A stretch of 63,804 nucleotides of DNA, counting the filler, from Octopus bimaculoides (Eukaryota), in NCBI RefSeq assembly GCF_001194135.2. It is 6 parts of 6 records of this genome, joined end to end, with 100 filler letters (N's around TTAATTAATTAA, not from the genome) between each part and the next. Parts side by side here need not be neighbours in the genome. Positions count along the whole stretch, not along the records: positions 52,211 to 60,060 come from NC_068981.1; positions 60,161 to 63,804 come from NC_068994.1; 4 more parts are not named here. One strand, 5' to 3'. The position numbers and the translations under genes are program-made. Of the stretch, positions 53,417-63,804 are shown one piece after another. The first letter of the stretch is position 1. The number at the start of each line of letters is the position of its first letter. The notes beneath the pieces are model-generated. The model saw nothing but the letters and a program-made list of their open reading frames with translations. It did no database searches and was not told where the DNA came from.

Positions 53417-54528
53417 GGGGATCTAGTTCAAAACGGGGGCACCAGTTTTCATTTATGTTTTATGTAGTGTTTTTGGTACCGAAAGACTTTCAAACTTCGA
53501 AAAAAATGTTGTATTCGAAGTTATTTCATGTAAAAAATTGTCTTATTTCGATAATTTCAGCCAATCACTGACAAGTATTCAGCTGTTTACAGTTACTCCT
53601 TTGGCAGTTTAAGCGGTTCCTTTGGCAGTTTAAGCGGTTCCTTTGGCAGTTTAAGCGGTGTAAAGCGTATTTAATCTCCATTACTTCTGACATTTTGCAG
53701 AGAGGCAACACACGTGTGTTCGTTTTCCTTCGTTTTAGTTTTAATATAATTTCGTTAACNNNNNNNNNNNNNNNNNNNNNNNNNNNNNNNNNNNNNNNNN
53801 NNNNNNNNNNNNNNNNNNNNNNNNNNNNNNNNNNNNNNNNNNNNNNNNNNNNNNNNNNNNNNNNNNNNNNNNNNNNNNNNNNNNNNNNNNNNNNNNNNNN
53901 NNNNNNNNNNNNNNNNNNNNNNNNNNNNNNNNNNNNNNNNNNNNNNNNNNNNNNNNNNNNNNNNNNNNNNNNNNNNNNNNNNNNNNNNNNNNNNNNNNNN
54001 NNNNNNNNNNNNNNNNNNNNNNNNNNNNNNNNNNNNNNNNNNNNNNNNNNNNNNNNNNNNNNNNNNNNNNNNNNNNNNNNNNNNNNNNNNNNNNNNNNNN
54101 NNNNNNNNNNNNNNNNNNNNNNNNNNNNNNNNNNNNNNNNNNNNNNNNNNNNNNNNNNNNNNNNNNNNNNNNNNNNNNNNNNNNNNNNNNNNNNNNNNNN
54201 NNNNNNNNNNNNNAAGGTTTATTAGCTACTGCCAATATGCTTCAGCCATTTTTTGACAAGGAAATAATAATTTTATCACCGCCAGAATCGTTTGAGAATC
54301 GTTTGTTTACGTAGTCAGCAGTTAATTTTTACGGCTGAATGGACGTCAGTCATTGGTTGAAATTACAGAAATACGACAACTTTAACATGAAATAAGTTGC
54401 AATATAATAATTTTTCTTAAGAAGACTAAGAGAAAAAGATGTTTTATATGACACATTCTACCAGTGTCCCAAGTTTCAAAGTGTTTCGTTAAGAAAATAC
54501 TGGCGCCCCCGTTTTGAACTAGATCCCG
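53417..54528. mobile_element. Non-autonomous DNA transposon with ~30-bp TIRs and TTAA flanks, Kolobok-like; middle lies in a gap
   Basis: TTAA|GGGGATCTAGTTCAAAACGGGGGCACCAGT ... ACTGGCGCCCCCGTTTTGAACTAGATCCCG|TTAA (28/30 match); subterminal inverted similarity at ~53505-53590 vs ~54320-54410. TTAA plus purine termini fits Kolobok rather than piggyBac. Confidence 0.7.
53597..53659. repeat. 21-bp perfect tandem repeat x3 inside the Kolobok-like element
   Basis: TCCTTTGGCAGTTTAAGCGGT at 53597, 53618 and 53639. Confidence 0.95.
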
Positions 54529-54532
54529 TTAA

Positions 54533-54787
54533 GGTTCCAGTCGATCCAATCAACGGAACAGCCTACTCGTAAAAGTAACGTGCATGTGGCTGAGTACTTC
54601 ACAGACACGCGTACCCTTCATGTAGTTTTCTGGGCCCTTCGAAATACAAGTACAACTCAATTTTGCTAACTGAGTGGACTGGTGCTACGTGAAATAAAGT
54701 GTCTTGCTCAAGGACACAGTGCTCCCCTTGGAATCGAAATCATAATCGTCAGCTGAAGACCCTAACCACTAAACCATGCGCCTTCAC
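54533..54787 (-). mobile_element. SINE family A
   Basis: Minus strand GAAGGCGCATGGTTTAGTGGTTAGGG...TTTCGATTCC...CCTTGAGCAAGACACTTTATTTCACG...GGCTGTTCCGTTGATTGGATCGACTGGAACC. Confidence 0.85.
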
Positions 54788-54842
54788 ATTTGTGGATGTT
54801 TTAAGGGATTTCATTGGCTGGAATCCGGCAGCGAATTGAATC

Positions 54843-55058
54843 CTTTTATTTGTTTCAGTCATTTGACTGCGGCCATGCGGGAGCATCGCCTTTAGTTGAA
54901 GAAACTGACCCGGGGACTTATTCTTTGTAAGCCTAGTACTTATTCTATCGGGCTCTTTCGCAGAACCTCTAAGTTACGGGGGATGTAAACACACTAACAT
55001 CGGTTGCCAAGCGATGGTAGGGTGACAAGCACCGACACACAAACATACATGCATACAT

Positions 55059-55097
<39 letters not shown>

Positions 55098-55282
55098 CAT
55101 ATACATATACATACACGTCGGGCTTCTTTTTGTTTCTGTCTACCAAAGACCAAAGCCACTCACAAGGCTTTGGTCAGCCCGAGGCTACCGTAGAAGACAC
55201 TTGCCTAAGGTGCCACGCAGTGGGACTGAACCTGGAACCGTGTGGTTAGGAAGTAAACTTCTTACCACACAGTCACGCCTGC
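54843..55282 (-). mobile_element. SINE family B, full length
   Basis: Reverse complement of the family B head, core, microsatellite and tail. Confidence 0.9.
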
Positions 55283-56053
55283 AATCTGATGCGACGCAAC
55301 TGTATTGTAATAAATTCTAAGACCCTTATAGTATTAGGGGTTAGTATGTGTTTTATAGGTAGGAAATACAAGTAACTACTGCAAATAACATAATTGTTTT
55401 GCTTCTTCACAATAGAATCCTTTTCTATAAAATTTATAAGACTGTGATTCGAATCCATTGTCTAATTTACGAAATTCATCTCTTCTCCTTTATGCCTTAC
55501 ACCTGGATAGATTCTTTTTCAAGCTGCACATATTCTATGGAATTAATCAGCCTTACAGGCAAACCTTTCTTAAAGGAAGCACCAAGAATTCAAGGATAAA
55601 AGATTCTTTAAATAGATCCGGTATATTTTTATGTTCTAACCTTTATTCTCTTTACCGGGTTAACTAGAATTATCTCCCCTGGGAAGAAAAGTCGGGAGAA
55701 AAAAACCTGAACAGAGAAAAGTAAAAGCATAACATTTGAAATTCTTCAGATTCAACAAAGTTGTGAGAATAGAAGAGAAAAACAAAACAAGTATGAGAAT
55801 CTCTACGTCACATTCTTTGCTACAAGCGGCCCTAATCACCAAGTGTCATTAAAAGGAGAGGAGTGTCAAAATATATAAATAAAATAAAATGATTGATTGT
55901 AATCTTTCGCGTCGTCAGTTATTAGTATTTAAAACCAATCCTTGTCAAAATGTGTTATTTTCCCCAGGGTTGAGGTTCAAATAACGTTACTATGGCGATA
56001 AAGTAAGAAAAGAAGAAACACGACCAAGAAAAAAAAAGCAGATAAGAAAAGTG

Positions 56054-56099
<46 letters not shown>

Positions 56100-57856
56100 N
56101 NNNNNNNNNNNNNNNNNNNNNNNNNNNNNNNNNNNNNNNNNNNNNNNNNNNNNNNNNNNNNNNNNNNNNNNNNNNNNNNNNNNNNNNNNNNNNNNNNNNN
56201 NNNNNGTACAAAAATTTATAATTCATTCTGCAGCTTTTAAAACAGTTTTTTTTTTCTTCTCGACTACAAATATTTCCCTTCTTCTTCTTCTTCTTCTTCT
56301 TCTTCTTCTTCTTCTTCTTCTTCTTCTTCTTCTTCTTCTTCTTCTTCTTCTTCTTCTTCACATCTCATCTTTCGTTATTTCTGGTGTCTCATTTTTTTTT
56401 GCTTCTTCTCTTCCACTATTTCTCTTACAGTCGCAATTATTAACCTGACACGTTTTTCCTTTCTTATTTTATTGCTTTTAATTGTTGCTTCGCTTCCTAT
56501 TTTCCATTTCCTAGAACTGCTTACAGCTCACTAATATAGTCAGTCGGTTGCCATTTACCTAAACATTGGTAATATATCAAAGATTCGTGTTGTTAAAGCA
56601 AAAGCTTGCCAAAAATTAACAAGAAGAAGCAAAACGTCTCTTGTGGGAATAGTGAATGCTATAAATGTAAAGGAAATAATTGCTGTAGATAAAGACGTAA
56701 TGTAAATTTATGGAATAATAATAATAGGTAACCATGTTGATACTGTATCCTGAACCAAGGGAAATATCTTCATTCCACTTCTTTGCATCGTCTGCCGCTT
56801 CAGTTCGTTTATAATGGATTACTGAGTATATGCAGTTTACAGCTTACAAACGAAACTACATCTCCATGTTTTATGTTTCACTTTAAAGCATAGATATCAG
56901 GTATTAAGTGGCTTTAGTTGATTCAAATACATATCGATTGAGTAAACACATTTACTCAAATTTAAATAAGTAATGTCCTGAATAACAGTATTGTTTTCTG
57001 TTCTATTCATGTCGAAAGGGAAGAGGGTGGCGTGTCACTGATCCTTTGCTAATGTCGTTGACTCGAAACAACTTTAACCCAACAAAAACTGGGTCCTAGT
57101 CGCAACAAGACCTTAAACATACCATGAATAACATAATTATAAAAAATAGCATACATAAGGTTATTAGGTTACCTATGTATATCGAAGCTGCAGTAATTTG
57201 TCGGTAAACCGTATCGGTGACCCGGTTTCAATTCTCGTTTAAAGCCGATTTAGTACGCCATAAAGACTCTTGGGAGAGAGATTAATTGTCTAAAGTTTCT
57301 CTTTTTCATTCTGTATAAATCTGTAGCATAAAGCCGACGCAAGGAATTATTAAATTACTTATATTTGGGAATGTTTCAGTAGAAAACCAATATCTGCTGT
57401 TTTGACTATTTACATTCTACATTTTTTAATATCGTTTCTAATTCAGTAGATATTCCCTTTAGCATTACCTTAGTTCCTTCATGGTGGGGCCCTGAGCATA
57501 CTAAATGCACTTCAGATGAGACTACAACCATGTTATGATTTCCAGCTGCAGGCATTTTGTTTCAGCAGTATCTTTAATGACCTTCCGAAAGCTACGAACA
57601 ACACATACTCTTATCTGTATAAACTTATGTTTCAGGAACTAATTTCATAATTATGGTTATTTTTGTAACATTTAATGTGAACAATTTATTCTAAAACCTG
57701 AATGGCAACATCCAAAATTATGTGATAGTCAAATCTATCAGCTAAGTACTGAAGCCTCGACATTTTCACATTTTCTGGAAGACATTTTCTGTGAACACTA
57801 AAACTAAATTCTGTTAATAAAACAAATAAAACTATCCGTTCTTAATACATTCTGAT

Positions 57857-57914
57857 GGATTCGAACGTGAATATGCCGAACGCTGTTACGATCGGCATAT
57901 TCACGTTCGAATCC
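57857..57914. other. Perfect 23-bp hairpin with 12-nt loop
   Basis: GGATTCGAACGTGAATATGCCGA-ACGCTGTTACGA-TCGGCATATTCACGTTCGAATCC. Confidence 0.9.
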
Positions 57915-58324
57915 GTAGTGGTTTATTGAGACGGAAGGTTGTGGATTTTTTTCGTATCAACGTACGATGAATTGGGAAAAGTTCTTTTTATATTTCACGG
58001 TAGGCAACCAGTGTTGCCGGATATGCAAATAAGAATACAATAGTTATGGAATGGGGTAGATAAGATCCGGGCTACATATGTTTCATAGTGAGCGGAACCC
58101 CTGAAGTAGTAAATATCCAAGCGAGGTGTATACCGCAGGCTACTCTTCAGGCCAACGATCAAAGAACTTCTGCCTTAACTAGCGCATCTTTCCACCAAAT
58201 GGTTCCTTATTTTGAAGAGTTTCGGTTATAATGAAGTAACTCTTCGACATACCTCGTCCGCCATAACTTTCAGCACTGAAATTATCATTGCAGTAATATT
58301 TAAAATTAAACTCAGTCAGACACC

Positions 58325-58348
58325 TAACCCTAACCCTAACCCTAACCC
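58325..58348. repeat. (TAACCC)4 interstitial telomere-type repeat
   Basis: Four perfect TAACCC units (TTAGGG on the minus strand). Confidence 0.9.
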
Positions 58349-58450
58349 TGACAAATTCCCCGTAACTATCCAGGAGGAATGTAAACATCATCTATGATCT
58401 TGTTTTGCTCTGCAAGAAATCGCTGAACTCGGGATTTATTCTTGAATAAA

Positions 58451-58702
58451 AACAATTGCAGCGTGGAAGGTGTTTACAAGCCATTTAAAAACACACAAAA
58501 ACCGTTAGATCCACCTCAACATTTAAACCGCGATCTGTTCATTGACAAAATTCCGTGCAGCACGGAATTTTGTCAGTGAAGAGGTCGCGGTTTCAAAGCG
58601 ACGAAAATATTTTGACAAATTAAATTTAAATGTTGAAGTGAATCTAACGGTCTTTGTGTTTTTTTTTAATGGCTTGTAAATACCTACTACATTGCAATTG
58701 TT
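58451..58702. mobile_element. Head-to-head palindromic duplication of the repeat seen solo at 990 (putative Penelope-like pLTR)
   Basis: TGACAAAATTCCGTGC-A-GCACGGAATTTTGTCA centre; outer arms AACAATTGCA...CAACATTTAAA / TTTAAATGTTG...TGCAATTGTT; left arm lacks ~35-40 bp. Confidence 0.85.
58569..58619 (+). ncRNA. Type I minimal hammerhead-like motif
   Basis: Stem I TTTGTCA/TGACAAA (7 bp); GTGAAGA plus extra G; stem II GTCGC/GCGAC; GAA; palindromic AATATT; U17. The G3/G8 mismatch suggests this copy is damaged. Confidence 0.55.
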
Positions 58703-59951
58703 CATATAAACTTGTTAATTTTGAATTCTCAGTTCCAGCTAGTCCTAAGATCGTACTTTGGCAACATATCTCATCAATGGAGGTTGTGGTAACGTGTTGG
58801 AACAGTTTGTGTTAGAGTACCGAGTACAATTCCAACCATGGTTAAATATTGTAATACTAGGAGAAATGGAGTTAATCCATGACCTCGGGGATTGTTGGGA
58901 TCAGGAAATACTATTTTCGGGGTTGTTTTAATATTTTACTTTTTCAAAATTTTAGCATAAAGCCATCTTTCAGTAGGTGTGTAGTCGAGTTGTCTGACCG
59001 CAATACATAACTGGTATTCAGCCAGAAAGATAAAAGGAAATATCGACCTCGGGGGATACTGTACTCAGAACATAAAATGTTGTTGGACGAAAATACTGCA
59101 ATATAATTGCCCAGACACTTCTACTGTTTCTGCCGTTACGTCCCCATTTTACGTATTCTAATTAGCTGCGGAAGGTGAGTTTACCAGCTCATATATTACC
59201 GAAAGAGAAAAATAATGAAAAAGGCAGATACAGTTTGTGTGTGTGTGTGGGGGGGGGGGGGGGGGGTTAGATATTACGCCACAGAGAGTAAAAATGTGGA
59301 TTTCGTTTACTAACCACTCACCAGCAAATGATAAATCTTCCTAAGAGCTAAAGATAAAACTGAGCCTCATTTTCACAATTTATCTTACTTCATATATCTT
59401 TCGTTTTCCAGTTGCCAAGAAATCTTCACCAAACTACCATTGCTTCGTAGTTTAACTGCACCAGCGGACCACTAAGTTTTCTTTGGTGAAGTTCTTTCTT
59501 TCCATTCACTCGTTTCATACCGTCATTGTCCGAAAGATATTAAAGCAACGGATGAACTAGATCAAGTCCTTCAGCCTAAAATAGCTGGTGAACATCGGAA
59601 AATCCCAGAACGAATTCTTCTGACCAATAAAAAAATGCCGTGTACAATTCTCATTTTCTCACGTGTTTCGTTTTTACATACAAACGCAGATTTGCGCGCG
59701 CACACATCCTAAACATATATTTTACCACATGGGATATATGGCTAAGTTTGCTTAAATCCAATATGTTTACTTAAATAAGTTTACTTAAATCCAATATGTT
59801 TCAGATTAAGGAAAGGTTTTAAACTGGGTGGAATAATATTTTGTCGTCCCATAAAGAATATAGCAAGTCCCCAAAACAACATACGGGAGATTCTAAGACC
59901 CTTGTGTTCGCGACTAAAGTTTCTTCATCGTTATAATTTTCGCTACCACTA

Positions 59952-60060
59952 CCTCCTCCTACTCCTCACCTCCTCCTACTCCTCACCTCCTCCTACTCCT
60001 CACCTCCTCCTACTCCTCACCTCCTCCTACTCCTCACCTCCTCCTACTCCTCACCTCCTC
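59952..60060. repeat. 17-bp minisatellite, at least 6.4 copies, runs into gap
   Basis: Unit CCTCCTCCTACTCCTCA. Confidence 0.95.
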
Positions 60061-60160
60061 NNNNNNNNNNNNNNNNNNNNNNNNNNNNNNNNNNNNNNNN
60101 NNNNTTAATTAATTAANNNNNNNNNNNNNNNNNNNNNNNNNNNNNNNNNNNNNNNNNNNN

Positions 60161-60250
<90 letters not shown>

Positions 60251-61069
60251 ACACATATAGGGAGAGGGTATGTAGGGAGAAATTAGGCACAGATGTTAAG
60301 AAAACATAATAGTGGGAACAAACGGAAACACACCTCTCATAATCTGTCAATTTCAGGACTATAGCAGTTTCCACACATGAGAACATCACCGCTAACACTA
60401 GGTGCATTAAACATTTTCAAATACGATTGTTAGGGATGAATGCAGTGGAGACGCGGCACAAAAAATACGACAAAATATATATATTTAAAATAAAGGTATG
60501 AAAATAACTATGATTAAGTCTTACGAGCTAGGATAGAAAAAAAATATAAAAAGCATTAGTAATTTACTACCCCAAAACGAAAAAAAAACTGTGCATGATT
60601 ATATGGATGACACAAGAAGAAAACAAAAGTTAAGTTTAGGTGCATGACTAGTTAATCTATGAACAAATGAAAGAATTAACAGAGTAAAATAGACTGTGGA
60701 GGCGGAGATAAAGAGAGAGAGAGAGAAAGAAAGAAAGAGAGAGAGGGAGAGAAAGAAACATAATGAGAGAAGGAGTGAAAGAAAAAGAGAGGGAGAAAGA
60801 GAGACAGAGAGAGGTTAAGATTATAGCAGTTTAATAAAAACATTATGATGTATAAGAAAAGGAAGCTGTGTACGTCGATATGAAAAGTGGATGAGATTAG
60901 GCACAAAGGGCCAGTGGCCGTAAGGTAGAGGTGCCGAATGGCGAGGAAGGAAGGAAAATGTCATTCATAGCGGCCGGTCAAAACGGGATTGTCGAAGTGA
61001 AGGAGGTTGAGTGCGACTGAGAGTGTATAGGGATGGGTGAATATGTTTTCGAGCTGGTTTATTCAGTGC

Positions 61070-61241
61070 GCTTCTCGCACCCGATATTTATTGCAAGCGG
61101 GAGATAACTCCTGCCACCGTGGCTGCAAGACCACCAGATCACATTGTTAAGATCTGTATTGGATCTCCTTGGTGGTGGGTTCTCGTTACCAGGCCTGGCA
61201 GTAGTTTACCTCGCATGCAATAAATATCGAGTGCGAGAAGC
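61070..61241. repeat. Imperfect inverted repeat with ~50-bp arms
   Basis: GCTTCTCGCACCCGATATTTATTGCAAGCG vs CGCATGCAATAAATATCGAGTGCGAGAAGC. Confidence 0.8.
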
Positions 61242-61578
61242 CGGAAGAGGTGTCTTCCTGGAGTTAAATGGCGGTATCGTCGTCTCTTAGAGGACAGCCA
61301 CAATAAAGNNNNNNNNNNNNNNNNNNNNNNNNNNNNNNNNNNCAAAAGCAATACTCTCTTTCTCCCCCCTCTCTCTCTCTCTCTTTCTGTATATATATAT
61401 ATATGAGAAAGAGAAATAGAGAGAAATAGACACAGAGAGAGGAACAGTTGGGAGGGAAAGAAAAAGTGAGAAAGTTTCAAATATTCTGTTGAATTCATTC
61501 ATTACTTTGTTTCCTTATGTTTCCATAATTCCTTTTGCTCTCACTTTGTCATAATGTCTCCCTTTTCATATTTTCCAG

Positions 61579-61680
61579 GTTATCTAATAGCTGCTGATGC
61601 CGGAAATTATTTTTTAACAACCTGCTTTGAAAATAACCTTTGTTTGTATGAACCGGATTTGATAGATAACTCTGTAGCAG
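61579..61680 (+). CDS. Candidate 102-nt symmetric (phase 1-1) internal exon: (G)YLIAADAGNYFLTTCFENNLCLYEPDLIDNSVA
   Basis: Long pyrimidine tract plus TTTTCCAG acceptor (61577-78), CAG|GTAATT donor (61680/81), length a multiple of 3, open frame. No homolog recognised. Confidence 0.45.
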
Positions 61681-63804
61681 GTAATTACTCTTGCTTATTA
61701 ATTAACAGTACACATACTTCTTTTTGTGCTTTTTCACATGGCTAAGACGATTTCAGAGCAGCGCCTTTAACTATCCTTAGAACTTGATGATTGTTGGAAC
61801 GATGGAAGAAGTCTTTCTTAAGAGAGACAGTCTGAGTGCTTACAACGGACTGGGGTTCACTAGGCATACAAGTTACCAGATGGTGGTATGTAACCGGGTG
61901 ATGGATCAAGTCTGCTACCCAATTGCTGAAACAGTTTCTTGAACGTTGAATTATAGAGTTGTGAAACAAATCTTTTACAGATATGTAAGGACATAGCTTA
62001 TTTCTGAACTGCGGTAAGCTTCACTGATATCGCGCTTTGTTAGCTCTTCTTCTTCTTCTTCTTCTTGTATTTCATCAAGCCGTTTTGCCCTAAATGCACG
62101 CAGCGAGATGAAGTACTCAGTTTTGTCCCAAACATGAATTTTTTTTTGAATTCATGAAATACTCGTTGTTCACTGCATAATCCGTGCTATCATTTTCTAT
62201 CTTACTGTTTATAGATAGAATCTTTTTTAATGCTATAGTTCAAGCAAAACCGGATTATGTTTCACAGTTTTTCAGAATCAATATGCAAAGTAACTTAAAG
62301 TCTTCACAGTCCTCGCTAGTGCCTCTTAGCCATGATTTATTTCAATCACATATCTTTGTATTTGACAATGAAATAATATTTGTTAAGTTGTTAAACAAAT
62401 ATAATTATGTGGCCAGATTCCAGGATTTTTGCAATTCTTATTTACATATTTATACTTTTTTATATACACCTGTACTGATTTTTCTCACTGAAAATGCCAT
62501 TCCCTACAAAGTTACAGACGTAATTCTTTCCCAAATAAATTACACTTCATATTCGAGGCTCCGATGAAGCTATAATATGTTATTCAGGCGCTCAACTATG
62601 AGTCCACTGCATCTTATAACAGAAATAGCTGCAAGCTGATAAAGTTCATAAGATGATCATTTATTCCTTTGTCATCTCCTTTCCTTACATATTTATACAT
62701 ACCTTTATTAGATTTTTTTGTTTATTTCAAAGGTCTTTTTCCAAACGTAACCTCAGACTGGTTTCTACGAATAACAAATATCAGCCACGATAATATAATT
62801 CTGAATATTATTGTAAACAATATCATAACTTCATATGGCCCATCCAATTTAAACAGACGAATACTAGAAATACGTTGTAAAATATACAGGAACAATTTTG
62901 ACGACAGAATATATATTCGACTCTTTCCAGGAGGAAAATGTGACACAGTCAGAGTGAGTAACTATCGATTATAATCTATTATTGACCTTAGCTATTGAAC
63001 TGCGGCCGTGCTGGGTCTATGACATCAAGGGATTCCATTGATCATACTGATTCCAATATTTGTTACAGTCTGGTACTTATGCTATCGATCTTTATTCACC
63101 TAATCATTGAATTACATTCTGATTATAAAAAGGCACAACCCGGCACATAAATTTACATTGGTAAACATAGATATAAACACAGATACATACACACAAATAT
63201 ATGTGTGTGGGGGTGGTTCGTCCCGAAGGTTCTCAATTTAAAAAAATAAAAAGTTACTCTTTGTTTGTATCCACGTAAGAAGTAAATCCTGAAAATTGCA
63301 ACCCGATAGCGTTAATCGTTCTTATTTTATGGCCATTAAAATTTTTAGGGAATTTCCAACAATTTCTGCTTTTTTTTGTTTATTTCCGATTTAAGAGGCT
63401 TGCATTTTGAAATTGGGCTTATTATGAACCTTTGTAAGGTTGTTTTCCTTACCTCCTCTCTGAAATGTTAGTTAGTATTTTAATTGAGATGCCTTTGGAA
63501 AATTAACGGTCAAAAGTCTAAAAAAAAAAAAAAAGACAGGCGTTTTTTTTTATCTGTATCGTACCACCCTGAATTAAGAAAACTGTCTTGGAAATGCAAG
63601 AGCCTGTTTGCCAATGACATAATTGTTATTGTAGAATTGACACATTAATATTGTAAAGCAAATAAGTTTCGAAATCTTTGAAATTATCGCACATGGAAAT
63701 TCGAACCCTTGCATTTGAATGATTTTTTGCAATCTCTGAATTTGGTTCATTTTCAGTGGGGCCCAAAACAAAGACTATGATAGATGCAAATATTTTATTT
63801 TTAA

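Noticed and set aside
59166-59174. Possible 9-nt microexon (TAG|CTGCGGAAG|GTGAGT)
   Set aside because: A perfect donor is expected by chance at this window size, and the upstream tract derives from a SINE remnant.

Overview
Eukaryotic, AT-rich, gapped draft-assembly DNA dense in microsatellites and retroposons. The SINE/LINE families and zinc-finger style are most consistent with an octopus (coleoid cephalopod) genome; this is inference from recall, and no search was run. There is one clear gene, a KRAB-less tandem C2H2 zinc-finger ORF (2818-3669, minus). There is also evidence for a second, large-intron gene on the plus strand: a start exon at 13629-13811 with branch site, acceptor, perfect Kozak ATG and GTAAGT donor, plus a candidate internal exon at 61579-61680. 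The rest is mostly three tRNA-derived SINE families (here called A, B, C), RTE, Tx1/L1 and CR1/L2-type LINE remnants, decayed hAT (Buster-like) and mariner transposases, a TTAA-flanked Kolobok-like element and long di-/trinucleotide fields. The most striking unexplained structure is three unrelated fold-back elements (1933-2337, 32889-33563, 58451-58702) plus a solo copy (990-1133) whose arms carry type I minimal hammerhead-ribozyme motifs. The core 3-8 pair differs by family (A-U, C-G, G-C), and stem III is palindromic, as known for Penelope-like elements. A dense cluster of POU octamer motifs (42847-43400) is a candidate enhancer. No prokaryotic systems, CRISPR arrays or true tRNA/rRNA genes are supported. 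Most entries in the ORF track are gap or microsatellite artefacts. Coordinates were read by eye, and repeat boundaries are approximate.
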